The notes beneath the pieces were generated by a model. The model was not told the DNA's origin and made no database searches. It worked only from the letters and a program-made list of their open reading frames with translations. Both the position numbers and the translations under genes were made by a program. This document shows, piece after piece, positions 62,505 to 64,000 of a DNA stretch of 64,000 bases. Source of the stretch: Camelus dromedarius (taxonomy: Eukaryota); contig NC_087436.1 in NCBI RefSeq assembly GCF_036321535.1, positions 23,438,001 to 23,502,000 on the forward strand. The letters are read 5' to 3'. Position 1 is the first letter of the stretch. Each line of letters starts with the position of its first letter.

Positions 62505-63585
62505 ATTCTGTGTGTTTATGGGGTGTGTGTGAGGTTACTCATGTGTGTGGTAGTGTGCGTGTTATGGACATATAAGAAGTTTCAGCCTGTGTGTTGTGTG
62601 CACGTTGTGTGTGATCAGGGGTATGGTATGTGGCATGTGTATTTCTGTGCTGTGTGTGCATGGTGAGGCTGTGTATGCATGTGGAGTGGAGGTGTTGGTG
62701 TGTGTGTATGTATGTATGTGCTGTGGGTGGGTTATATGTGTGTGTACACATGTATGGTGGTGTCAGTGTGAGTGGTGGTAGGTGGACTGGGTGATGCATA
62801 TTTGTTCATGTTTGTATATGAATATGTGTGTGATGTATGTGGGCATGGGAGGATTTCTGTGCATATGTGAGGTGTATATGTAAGGCATGTGTGCATGGTG
62901 TGTGTGTGTAGTGTGAGTATCTGTAGTGTGTAGAAATGTGTTTTCATATGTATGATGTGAGTACCTCTGCATTTTGTGTGGGGTGTTTGTATGGTGCGTG
63001 TGTGTGTACAAGTGTGTACTGTGAGGGTTGTGTATTTGTGTGATATTGCAGTGTAGATGTGTAACTGTGTGGTATGTATTTACGTGGCATGTGTGTCTAC
63101 ATGGATGTCATACGTATGGAAATGTGGGGGGACACAGGTATGTACATGGGGGTGTGATGCGGGAGTGGATGACTCATGTCCATGTGTGGTGTCTGTATAT
63201 AGTGTGTGGTAGATGTGCATGAGGCTGGTGTGGGGTTGATGTGTCTGTGTGCTGCATGTGGCATATGTGTGTGTGGTACGTGTAGTGTGGTGTGTGCATC
63301 GTGCATTTGGTATATAAACATGTGTGATGTGTGACACATATGGCATGTGTAAATTTGTGTGATATGTGTGTATGTGTCTGTGGTCTGTGGCAGGTGTGAG
63401 TGATGTGTGTACATGTGTGTGGTATATGTAGAGGGTATGTGTTTTAGGTGTGTGGACTGTGTGGTATGCATGTGGATATACACGCGTGGTGCATGTGACG
63501 TGTGCACACGTGATGCACGGTGTGTGTGTATATGTATGGTCTGGGTGTGGCATGCGGACGCGTGCTGTGGGGGAGGGTGTGATCA
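62505..63585 (+). repeat. ~1.1 kb degenerate (TG)/(TGTA)-rich low-complexity tract
   Basis: Seen directly; source of the His/Thr- and Val/Cys-rich spurious ORFs. Confidence 0.95.
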
Positions 63586-64000
63586 TCTAGCTGGGCAGCA
63601 AGCCCTTTGGGAAACCAGCTAGTGTCTCCTCTCACTCCCAGGCACCTATTCACTAAGCAAGCTCTCAAGAGCATGGTTGGCCGACGAGAGTCCATTTCCC
63701 AAGTCGCTGGAGGGCTATGTGACTCCCACAGTTGTCCTTGACAACCATCTCTCGCACACTTCCCACCGCCCAGCCCAGTGCTGGGCTGGGAACTAACCAA
63801 CCGTGAGATTGGCGGTCCTGCCCGTGCGCTCCAACCGCCCGCACGCACGGGAGGGGGGGTGCACAACCGCACACACCAGCCCATCTGGGCTCCGCGCCGC
63901 ACTGCGCCCTTAACGAGCAGGCTGGCTCATTAGAGGGAGATGTGCAGTCTGTAACTCCACGTCACATCACCTCTTGGCTCGGGTTGTCTGTGCAGACACC

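Noticed and set aside
62481..63902. His/Thr- and Val/Cys-rich ORFs
   Set aside because: Artefacts of the TG-rich low-complexity tract.

Overview
Mammalian genomic DNA, almost certainly camelid (alpaca/camel), because it carries two copies of a tRNA-Ala-derived Vic-1-type SINE. The window is repeat-rich (L1, L2, MIR, MaLR/ERVL LTRs, an ERV1-class solo LTR, a degenerate ERV-L pro/pol region, a hAT/Blackjack-type transposase remnant). One recognisable coding exon is present: the first coding exon of the long SCOC isoform on the minus strand (ATG at 22315, MDGSSKQQEEDSTFTNISLADDP, phase-1 donor). The remaining SCOC exons should lie left of the window. The main unexpected signal is a chain of about 15-20 minus-strand exon-like blocks between ~2.5 kb and ~44.3 kb. 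They have canonical splice sites, stop-depleted frames and scattered stops/frameshifts. Their translations carry motifs in the same order as RGSL1/RGS22-family multi-RGS-domain proteins. I read this as a decayed (unitary) pseudogene of an RGSL1/RGS22-like gene lying over the SCOC 5' region, with the SCOC exon embedded in its exon chain. All protein and repeat similarities were judged by eye from recalled sequences; no database search was run. Repeat boundaries and subfamily names are approximate. Almost all ORF-track entries are spurious or repeat-derived.
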